DNA of 64,000 bases from Octopus bimaculoides (taxonomy: Eukaryota): contig NC_068984.1 in the NCBI RefSeq assembly GCF_001194135.2, positions 103,815,415 to 103,879,414 on the forward strand, given 5' to 3'. How positions within the stretch are numbered: the stretch's first letter is position 1; every line of letters begins with the position of its first letter. Both the position numbers and the translations under genes were made by a program. Positions 24,046 through 34,900 of this stretch are shown here, in pieces. Under the pieces are notes generated by a model. That model did not search any database. It was not told the DNA's origin and saw nothing but the letters and a program-made list of their open reading frames with translations.

Positions 24046-27000
24046 TACACACCTGTTCAGTATTTGGGCAGCCACTAACAAGATTTGATACAGCCAAAAA
24101 ACAAAACAAAAAAATGTTTGTAGTGTTATATACTACATTCCAGGAACTTATGTAAAAAAAATTCTAATAAAACATTATTTACCAAAGTAACTGGATTATT
24201 ATTATATTGCATAGCAATATCTATTTCTGGTCATTTTAATTTTCTGGGATTAATACAAATATCATCCTCATATTTGATCAATTTTGACTTAACACAGGAA
24301 AGGATCTTTATGGCTAACTTATTTCCATACCAAAAAAAAAAAGGAAAAAAAAACAGCAAATAAAAGCCAAAGATAAAAAAAAAACTAATTTAAAAAAAAA
24401 TTCAATAACCTTTTCATAAATATGAATTTGTTGCAAATTTTTAAATATTATTTGCTCACTTCACACCAAGACAGCCAAACATAGCTGCTGTGTGAAATAG
24501 TGAAATCATTTCAACTGCCAGCCTTAAGTAGCCATAATTTTAATTGCTTACAACATGTAATTTATTGTATAGATTTAAATGGTTTTTGATAGAAGGTATA
24601 GGGAAAAAGCAATCAAAACAGTGATAAAAGCAATCTAATTCAATAATCAAGATGAAAAGGGGGATACAGTATTGCTACATGACAATGGGCACTGAAAATA
24701 TGTAAATTCACATCAATAATTTATTTTTTAAATGCGAAATCTGGGAAAAAGAAAAAAAACAAAAACAAAACTCAATTTTCATAAGAGGCCTGGCTAAGAT
24801 TTTAACATGTAACCAAACCTTATTTGAGAGTTCAGGAAATTAAATAAAGAAATACCGAGTCTCAAAATTTAGAGATAAAAACAAAACTAAACTAAAAACT
24901 TCCTGAACACACAGCTTCAAATCACCTAATAAATTGTTTCATTGAAAAGAAAACTGTAGTAACTGTAACATTAGAGCCAATGTGAAGTTTAGGGACAACC
25001 AGTCATATATACTATAATTATACTTGAACAGAGAAAAGAATATTTGCATATATCAAATTTTAACATCAAAATGACAAATACAATGTACCAAACTGCAATG
25101 ATTAAAAGAAAATTTATAAATAGGAGTTAGGCACTTAAAAGAACCTTAAGAATTACTTTTCAAAAATTCTTTAAGAAACAAGAGTAAAAATTAAGGTCTA
25201 ATGTTTATGTAAAAATTTACACTGATATTTTAGACCAAGGCCTAAAGTGTACAAATCAGTGTATTTGTATGTGTACATGCATATGTGCATATATATGTAT
25301 ACACATACACATATGTATATATGTCTGAATGAGATGAGGGCATGCAGAAATGTTTAATAAGAACCACACCAAGGGTCCCCCCCTCACATTATAAACAGGA
25401 TGGGCCTGAAACCAAAACATTTTGGTTCGGCAATAATCATTTCATTTAAGTTTAAAAGAATTTTAGTGGTCATTAAAGAGACAAAAAAGTGGTTGCAGCT
25501 AGCAGCAATTCATTAGCTAGGAAATCAAATGCAATTCTTTTACATCCACTTTGACATTTCAAATATAAAATGCTGAATACCAATGATAATGGCAGTGTTT
25601 TGATTTTGATGCTCTTAAATTAAATAGTATACATCTTAAGGAACAACCAGCCCAGCAAAGGTTAAATATTTCACTTGAAAAACAGAAGATGGAGAACTGA
25701 ATTTCCTGTCCAGTCTTTTCTGAATAAATGATGCATACAATTGAGTAAAGGATTTTTTTTAATTTTTTTTTTTTTTTTTGTAAGAAAAGAAGAAAATTAT
25801 GATGGCACCAACATAGTTTGATGAAAGCCCTGAAGATATAGATCATCCTCATTTGTCAAGATATTGCACACTTGGTCAGATTCCTTGCAAGATTCAATCA
25901 TTCAATTTTCTTCTTATCCAAGTTTACTAAAGAACTTTAAAAATAAAATCAGGAGAAAGGCAAAGTGATAAAGCCAAGTGACACTTGGTAAATTCCAAGT
26001 AATGCCTAACAGAAGTAATGCATTCAGAAGGAAAAAAAAAAAAAAAGATTGAAAAGTCAGACTCAATCTCACTTCAAGAGAAAAACATAGTAAACTGCTG
26101 AAAAACTATGTGCACTGTATTTCACAATGCTTCTTGTTTTAGTAGAGCATAGAAACCTAAGTTAATATATTTTAACCTTTGTCATTTTAATGATTATAGT
26201 CTTTAGAAAAAATAAATAAATACATGAATTTTATAAGTTTATAAATTTCAAACATTTACTCTTGGTATTAAAGAAAGACTAAGTGAGCAGCAACTCATAG
26301 CATTTGCCATAATCCTTGGAATAAGAAAGCAAGAAAGAGAATAGAAATTCCCCTTATTTCAGGTTCCTTACATACAAGTCAAGTTAGAAAATAAGGCTTA
26401 AAACCATTTTAGAAAATATAGCCAGCTTCTAAATCCTAAATGCTTTCATAAAATTATTCGATACAATACAAAGTAATTTTCAGAGCTTAAAAAAATGCCA
26501 GCAAGTCAAAATAATCTAAATTCCAAAGAAAATTATCTAAGCAGTGTATTAAGAATAAATTTTTGGCTAAAACCTGAAAATTGACATAACACTAAAGGAA
26601 CATTTTCTATAAAGTTAGAACTAAATTCAAATGTTACTTAGCATTAAAATATATAAACACTTGTCTTGTATTGCAAATATAAACCTACTTCTATTCTAGA
26701 GAATTGTAATTAGAAATAACTCACTAATTCAAGAAAATATCTTAATAAAACATTTATGTCCTAAAAAAAAAATAGAAAAACATAACTTCACGAAAATAAC
26801 TGACGTGACAAAAAAAAAAAGTAAAGAAAAACATTCCACAACTAAGAAATGGGAATACCACAAAAGATAGTAATAGGGGTCAATTTCTTTTTTCTTGGGG
26901 TGTTTTTCCCCCAATACTATTTAATGAATATTGCACTAAGCGAAACTTCTTTCAAATCATAATAGCGAAAATAAGAAACTTTGTAAAAATAAACAAAACT

Positions 27001-27124
27001 AGAATTGCAAAGTAAATTATATAGCAGAAGCTGCATTAACTAAGATTGTGAATCTTAATACAATTTTAAAATTACATTTATGGTATACACGTTTTACTAA
27101 CTCTGTGCAAATACATAAAATGCA

Positions 27125-27128
27125 TTAC

Positions 27129-27181
<53 letters not shown>

Positions 27182-27332
27182 AAGCACGTATATACATAAC
27201 ACACACACACATGAGTATCAATACATATGTATAGATATCAGATACACACATAGTTATGTGTATATTTTATATACATACACATTTATATACACATGCATGC
27301 ATATATATATATATATATATATATACATACAT

Positions 27333-27381
<49 letters not shown>

Positions 27382-27622
27382 AACATGTATACACATATTC
27401 ATATACCTACAGATACACGTGCAGACACACATACATATATAAACATACATACATTTATGTATATAAATACACACATATATATATACACATAAACATACAT
27501 TTATTATATATGTATATTATATGTAACAACTATTATCTACATATATTTAATATAAATATATATATACATAATACATGTATATTCAATACATATGTTGTAT
27601 CATATGTATTAAAACTATTATC

Positions 27623-27670
<48 letters not shown>

Positions 27671-27740
27671 GCTCTCAGTAAATTATATATACATATATAC
27701 ATGCATTATATCATTTATATAACACACCTGTGTATGTGTG
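27125..27740. repeat. (TA)/(CA) low-complexity block
   Basis: Visible; source of the spurious YIYI/HTHT ORFs. Confidence 0.9.
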
Positions 27741-29189
27741 TATGATCATCCCCTTTCAGACAAGTGCCTGAAGGTTTCATCAGCATGGATTACAATAAAT
27801 ACTTAAGTTGTATTATTTCTATTTGAAGTTTAGAAAATCTTTACAAGAAACTTTTTCTAGAGAAAAAAAAAAAAAAAAAAAAAACTATTTGAAAGAAAGA
27901 GTCTAAAACCTCATCTCCAAATGAAATTATGCCAAATGCACCTTCATAAAATGCCTGAGGATGCCTCTAGCCTGTCAATGGAAAACAGTTCACCGACTAA
28001 CACTAAAGTATAAACAAGATGTTAATTTCTTAGTAAGAAGAATATAAGGTAAGAAGAAATATAGATTTCTGTTAAAAATTTGTCTACTAACAATATTTAC
28101 ATAATTTTTAGAATGGGAGAAGGGAAGGATATTTGAAAGCAATAAAAAATAAACCCCAATAATTTGGCAAATGCGAAAATATTTTCATTGAGATTCATTT
28201 AGATTGTGAACAACCGAAATTAAACTGTCTAAGATGTAGACAGGCAAGAATAGTGAAGTTTGAAAATTCGATGAGATTAAGATATCAACATATTGGTGAA
28301 TTCTGCTAATGTGGTGTTTCCTTTTACAATGTCAATGCTGGCTCTTTTTCAAACAAGAAGACCATCATGAAATATAGTCAACTTTAAAAATTCTTGACAG
28401 TTGAAAGAAGTCTTTTTTTTTTTTTCCTCTTGAAGAAGATTCTACAAAATCAGTAATTTTGATTGTTGGAATTAACTTTTGCAGGCTATTTCAGGTCTTT
28501 TTTTTTTTTTTTCTTGTGTGTATGTGTATGTGTGTAACAGTGTTCAGGGAGTATTCTTTCGAATACTTTCGCAACAAACTTTATTTCCTCAATTCACTAA
28601 ATGAAAAAATTGTTCATTTGGGATAAAATCTTAAATACAAATTTTGAAATTCGAAACATTTTCATTTCAAAATTGCTAATCAAAGTGTTATTTTGTGCAT
28701 AAAGTTTACTTTTTTAATTTTTTTTTTTGGCTTTAATAGTTCAAAAATTTTATTTTTTAAATTTTTTTTTTGTTTCTTTTGTTTTCATAAAGAAAAATGT
28801 AATAGTTGTTAACAAGCATACGAGATGATTTTTGTCTTTAGAAGGCACATGAAACCAAAAAGGCAGGTAAACATCAGCCATACCTTCACAGATACAATGG
28901 TAAACATTGGAAAGAGGCCAAATCTTAGAGTATTTCAAGAGTATGTATGTCTTATGTACTAGCTCAGACGCAGGGAAGAAATTGGATTAAAAACTATAGC
29001 TTTAAAAGAAAAAAAAAATGAAAACAGATTTAAGAGGAAGATAACAAAAAATGACAAAATTAAATAATGATATAAATTAAATGTCATAAAGTTATCTAAG
29101 TAAGGAGTTTAGAAACTGAATATAGAAAATGTACATAGCCTCCCTGCTGCTTCACTTAACTCCTATAGCTAATACAGAACAACTAAGAG

Positions 29190-31031
29190 CTAAATACCTT
29201 CATGAAAGAATTGTGTTGCAAGAATATCCCCAGTGACAATTGTCTGGCACGATGCATCAATTTGCTTTGTACAGCAATTATTATTGTTACCATTAGTTTG
29301 TTCGTTGCTCAAGTCAACATCAGCACCGTATTTATCAGCAGATTGCCCATTTAACATATCTCCATTCTCAAGTATTGTATTGGTGTTGCTGCTCAGTCCA
29401 TTCATGAAAGGTTCTTTTTCACCATTATGGCATCTGGAATCACGAGGACTGTCGCCAAGAACAGACTGATTCATATAATATCGTTCAGCTACCATAGAAG
29501 GATTCTGTGCATCACCACCAGCCTCATCACTTAGATCAAGATCATCTATGTCTTTCATTCCTTCTAATTCCACAGATTTGAAGTTCCAAACTGGCACTAC
29601 ACCGGCACCACTAGGCGCTGCATCAAAGAAAGCATACCTCAAACCTCCCACAGTGACTGGTGAATTGAGGATGTTGTTGTCGTTTAAGTCAGGAATTACT
29701 TTCTTCAGTTCATCGTCTATGTTGCCGAGAGGAGTGCCAGGATCTCTGGATCTTCCATCCAAAGGCAAATGGAGTCTTTCAGCAAGACGGTCAATCATAT
29801 CTTCAATAGATTCGTTTTCCTTCCATACTCGAGTGGCACGCCACCTAGCTCGACTGCCCTTTGGAGCTGGGATAGCATCAAAGCAAACAGTTTCACCAAC
29901 AGACAAAAGTCTATTCAAATCATCTATATGGCGGCCAAAGATGCAACGGTCAATAAAAACATGTTCATGCCTTCCTAAATCAATGATACCCCAAAGTTTA
30001 GCAACATGATATATCTTCCCTTTTCTATTGGTAATCGTTGGTTTATTTGGACATGCTGGTTTACTGCCAGTGATTACAACATTTAATCGAGTATTTTTAA
30101 TCACTGACACCGTCTCATCTTCAGATATTGCAAAGATGTTTGAGTGCTGCCTCAAGAATTTTTCCAGTTCAGTTTTACTCCATCCAATTGTATTCCTCAA
30201 ACTCTCTGGTGCTTGACTAAAATGGCCACTAAGACTGTTAAGCTTTATGTCACCTTTCTTCTCAATAATATTTTTCAGAAACATAACAGCTTTGTATTCA
30301 TTAGCAGTCATTGTCATAGGCCCAGACTTGGAACTCAATATGCCAGGTGACTTCAATGGCTTGGCATCCATTATATTTAAGCTGCGAGGTCTATTTTTTA
30401 ATTTAGGTGTCAATGGCATAGAAAGCATACCAGGGTCCCCTGCAAACTGTCTACCGTCATCATCAGTCTGGTCTGATTCTGACTTTAAGGGACTACAAGC
30501 CATATTGTCCTTAAGACAAACAATATCCCCTTTCACTTCAAAAATTAAAGGATGTTTATGCAACCAGTCTTCAAATTCATTCTGTGGACCAACACACTCA
30601 CGGATTTCTGCAGAAGCCTGAGATAGATGACCAGCTAGACTTTTGGTAGCCATCCATTTTTCGCCCTTTTTAAGAAATTTGCTACGAAAATATTGAACAG
30701 CTTCTGTTTCAATGGATACTTCAGGAAGACTGAAACTTGAGGAAGATGATGCTGGACTACTATCACGAACATTGTTATTTACTGAACTACTCCAACAAGT
30801 GCCATCTGTTAAACATACAAGATTACCATTTACAGTGAAAAGAGAAGGATATTTAAGCAGGAATTTTTTTAACCCAGCCTCATTGCCACCTGCAGCATGC
30901 CGCATTTCAGATGTAAAATTTCGACTGCCAAAGCGACCAGCCAACTGGCTAATACTGAGTGGTGAAGGGCTATGGTTCATCAACACCTCAAGGAAATATA
31001 ACATAGCTTTGTGACCTGGATCCTCCGCCAT
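29190..31031 (-). CDS. Egalitarian-type winged-helix (LOTUS-like) x3 plus cold-shock/OB-fold RNA-binding protein (Egl/LIN-66-like architecture), 613 aa
   Basis: Uninterrupted 1842-nt ORF, strong start context (AAAATAATGG). Three internal repeats at aa ~7-74, 108-173 and 245-311 (AxxYFL/FL...LAG.F/LS...L.KFL..HP.+F.V.G..V.L). Repeat 1 resembles, from memory, the Drosophila Egl N-terminus (IAGGSQSGLKKFLAQYPAIF vs AAGGNEAGLKKFLLKYPSLF). CSD-like aa ~335-404 (KGKIYHV, KLWGII, EHVFID, LSVGETVCF, RATRV). C-terminal IDASCQT. Confidence 0.9.
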   Translation of the reverse strand: MAEDPGHKAMLYFLEVLMNHSPSPLSISQLAGRFGSRNFTSEMRHAAGGNEAGLKKFLLKYPSLFTVNGNLVCLTDGTCWSSSVNNNVRDSSPASSSSSFSLPEVSIETEAVQYFRSKFLKKGEKWMATKSLAGHLSQASAEIRECVGPQNEFEDWLHKHPLIFEVKGDIVCLKDNMACSPLKSESDQTDDDGRQFAGDPGMLSMPLTPKLKNRPRSLNIMDAKPLKSPGILSSKSGPMTMTANEYKAVMFLKNIIEKKGDIKLNSLSGHFSQAPESLRNTIGWSKTELEKFLRQHSNIFAISEDETVSVIKNTRLNVVITGSKPACPNKPTITNRKGKIYHVAKLWGIIDLGRHEHVFIDRCIFGRHIDDLNRLLSVGETVCFDAIPAPKGSRARWRATRVWKENESIEDMIDRLAERLHLPLDGRSRDPGTPLGNIDDELKKVIPDLNDNNILNSPVTVGGLRYAFFDAAPSGAGVVPVWNFKSVELEGMKDIDDLDLSDEAGGDAQNPSMVAERYYMNQSVLGDSPRDSRCHNGEKEPFMNGLSSNTNTILENGDMLNGQSADKYGADVDLSNEQTNGNNNNCCTKQIDASCQTIVTGDILATQFFHEGI

Positions 31032-31089
31032 TATTTTAGGTTGGTAAGAGCCAAATGAGGAATCAAGATAAGTGTCTTGAAAAGAATCC

Positions 31090-31115
31090 CTAAAAATAGA
31101 AAAATAAAATTATAT
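31090..31115 (-). promoter_or_regulatory. Splice acceptor 58 nt upstream of the ATG (5' UTR intron)
   Basis: Minus strand ATAATTTTATTTTTCTATTTTTAG|GGATTC, with AG at 31091-31090. Confidence 0.7.
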
Positions 31116-31454
31116 TTGAAGTATTAAAAAACAAATTGGAACAAAATATAAAATTAGTATAATTATAACTAATATAACTATTTTTGAAGCTTTTTTTAAA
31201 ATTTAATTTAGTATTTGAAAAATCTTGCCAAAATCTGAGTAAAATGAATGATTAGCAAAATGCTTGAAACAGAATGGAATCAACGTACACAAAGATTATA
31301 TTTGAAAAACATTTTAAAATTTAATTTTCTTAAAAAAGATTTTACAAAGATCAATTTCATATATTTCCAAGGAGAATAAAAACTTGAAGATGGCAAATGG
31401 ATAATAACTATCAAACCTAAACACACAGAATATAATTTGTGACAATAGTACATG

Positions 31455-31580
31455 GCAACAAAATTATTGGGGTGGGACTAATTTATTGAATCAACCTTTG
31501 TACTCAAATGGCACTTAGGTTTTCAACCCCAATGGAATGAAAGGTGAAGTCAATCCCAGCAGAATCCCTAAACCCAGAAC
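31455..31580 (-). mobile_element. SINE family B fragment
   Basis: ggggtgggactaatttattgaatcaacc...ggaatgaaaggtgaagtcaatcccagcagaat. Confidence 0.55.
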
Positions 31581-31727
31581 ATCAACATTTTTTCCTTCAC
31601 CACAAAATCATAGTATCTACTAAGAAAAAGTCAATGACAAGATTCTTTTAAATAATTTTTTATATCTAAAAACTTTTATATTGTGAGTGGAGTGATGGTC
31701 TGTAGCAGAAACAGTTTTTATCTAGAT

Positions 31728-31972
31728 CAGTGCTTCTCAACCATTTTTTACCTATGGACCCTTCTGACTCCCATTTTATTCTATTAGTCACTCAGAGCCA
31801 TGCAATGTTTAAAAAATTGTATCATATTTTTATGATTAAATATTATTAAAACAGAATTGCTAAAATATTTTGTGAACTGTAAAAGTATAAACAATTTCTT
31901 GCGCATATACTTTAACAAAAAAGTTTTATATGGATCCCCAAGGGCTATATGGACCCTAGTTGAGAACCACTG
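31728..31972. mobile_element. hAT (Charlie-like) MITE, 245 bp
   Basis: TIRs CAGTGCTTCTCAAC / GTTGAGAACCACTG; 8-bp TSD atctagat / atctaaac (NTCTAGAN-type target). Confidence 0.85.
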
Positions 31973-34900
31973 ATCTAAACAGTAAAATAAATAGACTATT
32001 TAAAAAATGTTAGTTCAGAGTTCTAAGCTGATCAATACCTATTTTTACCTTTTTTTTTTTTTTCAGAGGAAGGGAAGACAGTGCCACAATCATTTACAGG
32101 GACTATGAGATTAAAAGGAGAAAGGTATCCTCAAACTGTCAAACTGGAAATCTGGCCTGAATTCTTTCAACACAGTGGACTCCACTCAAGTAGGCCTAAC
32201 CAGATTTAAACTATGAACACAAAGAGCTAGAACTACCACAAAGGCACCAGGTTCAAAATTCTTACAGTTCTGCCAATCTACTACTTTGGACTGGTACTTT
32301 TGTACAATGTACTACTAACATGGTCAAATCACTGCTTAAAACCAGAAGAACTTAGAATGAGAACTAATACTGAAAAACAAATGAATATATAAGGACTTAA
32401 ACAAGAGTTCATATTCCTGTTTACTGGCTTCAGTCACTGGATTGTGGCCACGCTGGAGTTTTAGTCAATTAGATCAGATCCCATTTGGGTACTCATTTTA
32501 TTGAATGCCTAAGTTTACCTTGAGTTATGTCCTTTAAACTTTAAATACCACATACAATTTACACTGATGTATACAAATCCCAGCCACTTGGAGATATATA
32601 CAATGTCCATCAGCAGTTTCCATTTGACATTATCTTCTGTACATAGAACCCCATGTTGTACATGAGACCAAACCAAAAATCATGCTGCTGTGAAATGAAC
32701 TTCTTAAAAACGCAGCTTGCCTGCATCCAAACTTCAAACATTTTATATTAGGGAGATTCTGATAAACATTGTAAAAATTAATGCAATAAGGAAAAATGCT
32801 GGAATGGTTTGGCAGGACCCAATATACCTGAGGATTACATTTAATTGAACGTGTGCACCATTTTTGAGGAGGGGGGGAATGTGTGTAAATGTACACACAC
32901 ACACACACACATATTTGATGTGGGGTTTTTTTCTTGCTTTGTTCTCAGCTGTCTGGTGCACCCTGTATATTTTAGTAAAATTTCTTTGATTTCCTGTCTA
33001 CCTATATTAAATAGATGGCATCTAAAAACCTGCTGCAAAGAGATCTCAGTGGGATTTAAATTCAGAAAATAAAGGCAATAAATACTTTAACCCATTTTAT
33101 TTAGAATTATTTATATATAATGAAAACACAAGTGGTCAAGTGAACATGTTATAAGATAATCAATTGACAAGTTAATACTTATCAGCACTATATTGTATTC
33201 CAACCAACATACCTCTCAATAAATGAGAGCCCACCTAACTCTAAACAAGTACTTTAAGATGGTGTAGTTCACAGCTGGAAAGAGTTACAAAAATTAAATA
33301 CTAATTTATTCTTCGTGCAGGAAAAAGTTACCTATCTAACTAGTGAAAGGTTTGGCTCATTTGCTTACTGCTATAAAATGAGAGAAAAGCAACAGTCAAA
33401 CAGATCAAGGAGATTTTCAATAAAATAATAGTTTTACAGAATAAATCCAAGAAAATATTTAAACATACAATAAAATGTTCTTGGTAGTTGCTCATTCATA
33501 AAACATTACTAAAAAGAGTTTTCTTACTGGTCTTCTTGTAGTCACTTTGGTATATCCAAAACTGAATTATCTATATTCATCTATTTTTAAGATGGAAGAA
33601 TGTTTGAAAGTAGTATTGTTTGTACACCTTAGTGTACAAACAATACACTTGATCCATCATGAATTATGCCAGTCCTTCCAGAGAACCCAGTCTCTCCACA
33701 AACCAAAAATAGCTTTGCCATTAATTAGATCACTAGCTTCAAAGCTTAACACCAATTATAAAAGCAGAGGAGGGACAGCAGCTGTTATGTTCAGACAGAG
33801 GCCACCCTGCTTGCCTCCACTGCTACCAGCACTAGAATCTAACAAGTTAACCAAAGCCAATGAGGGAACTTCAACGTGGTCAGTTAACCTTCTAGAAAAG
33901 CAACCACATCTCATTCAAATCACACTCCCTCTTACAAACCATTTGTCAGGGCCATGAAATGTGTGTACGACTTTGTATAAATACTCCAACTTTCAATGCT
34001 CAGAAATGTTTTTGTACCTCACATATTTGTAATTCTATGTATTCAATTCATTGTAGAAAATTGTAAGAAATTTACAAAAGTTTCAGGCAAGTGAATTGAG
34101 AAAAACATTTTTTTAATATTTGCAGTAATGTATTTAAATTTACTAATAAGCAAGAATTTCCATGTAAAGAATTAACACCAATTTTAAGAATTTTTTGTTT
34201 TAAAATATAAGACACAACAATGAATTTTTTTTGCTTTAGATCTATCAGAAAATAAGCTATCATCAGCATTAGGCCAATTTAGCAGTATTTGATTTATGTT
34301 AAATGATCTTGCAGTGCCAGCTAACATCTAAAGAAGCCTCTACACAATCTCTCAACTTTAAAAACAAATAGTAGTCAAATATCCCTCAAATCATCACCTA
34401 ATATCTTTAAAAAAAAAAATACACAATGTAGTCATAGAAACTCTAAGGGTTAAAAAAAGAAAAAGCATAATCACAGCTGGAACGCCTTTAAGTATAGGAC
34501 CTGCATGATCAGGGTCTTGCAGACTAGATAATAATATAACTTAAGTCAATGAGGGAATCTTTAGAGTTAACATACTAGAAATAGCAGCCAAATCTTTGTC
34601 AAATGACACCATAGCATTTTAAAATATGAAACTGGATACTGTAATATAGAATATAGTAGGTTTGAAAGAAAAAGAAAGTCACAGCTGTAATAATACTTTT
34701 GATGTGTATAGTTCGTTTCATGACAGTTAACTTAAAGGTTAAATAATAACACAACCAGATGTATCTATTATACCACCAGTATTAAAGACATCATCTTTTC
34801 AGGTTGATATAAAGAGGAAATGACTTTTAGGAGTTTGGTTGGGTCCATCAGATTTAAATATCTGAGTGCATCCAAAAATTGTCCATTCAGCTGAATGCCA

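Larger units (their letters stand above)
21470..29189 (-). other. Putative very long 3' UTR of the 613-aa gene
   Basis: Directly follows the stop codon. No recognisable SINE/LINE copies over ~7.7 kb, and many long A-tracts on + (U-tracts in the mRNA). The true 3' end is unknown. Confidence 0.4.

Noticed and set aside
27048-27722. 224-aa ORF and similar YIYI/HTHT/VCVC ORFs (7914-8786, 23182-24155, 61569-61799)
   Set aside because: These are translations of (TA)/(CA)/(TG) repeats.
27755-27785. Minus-strand CTGATGA...GAAA pair (similar case at ~42625-42650)
   Set aside because: No stem II pairing between the two core halves.
29233-31014. Several plus-strand ORFs overlapping the main CDS
   Set aside because: Antisense shadows of a real coding sequence with no independent signal.
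33547-33957. 136-aa plus-strand ORF
   Set aside because: It lies antisense within the inferred intron, overlaps a family-F repeat tail and has no domain signature.
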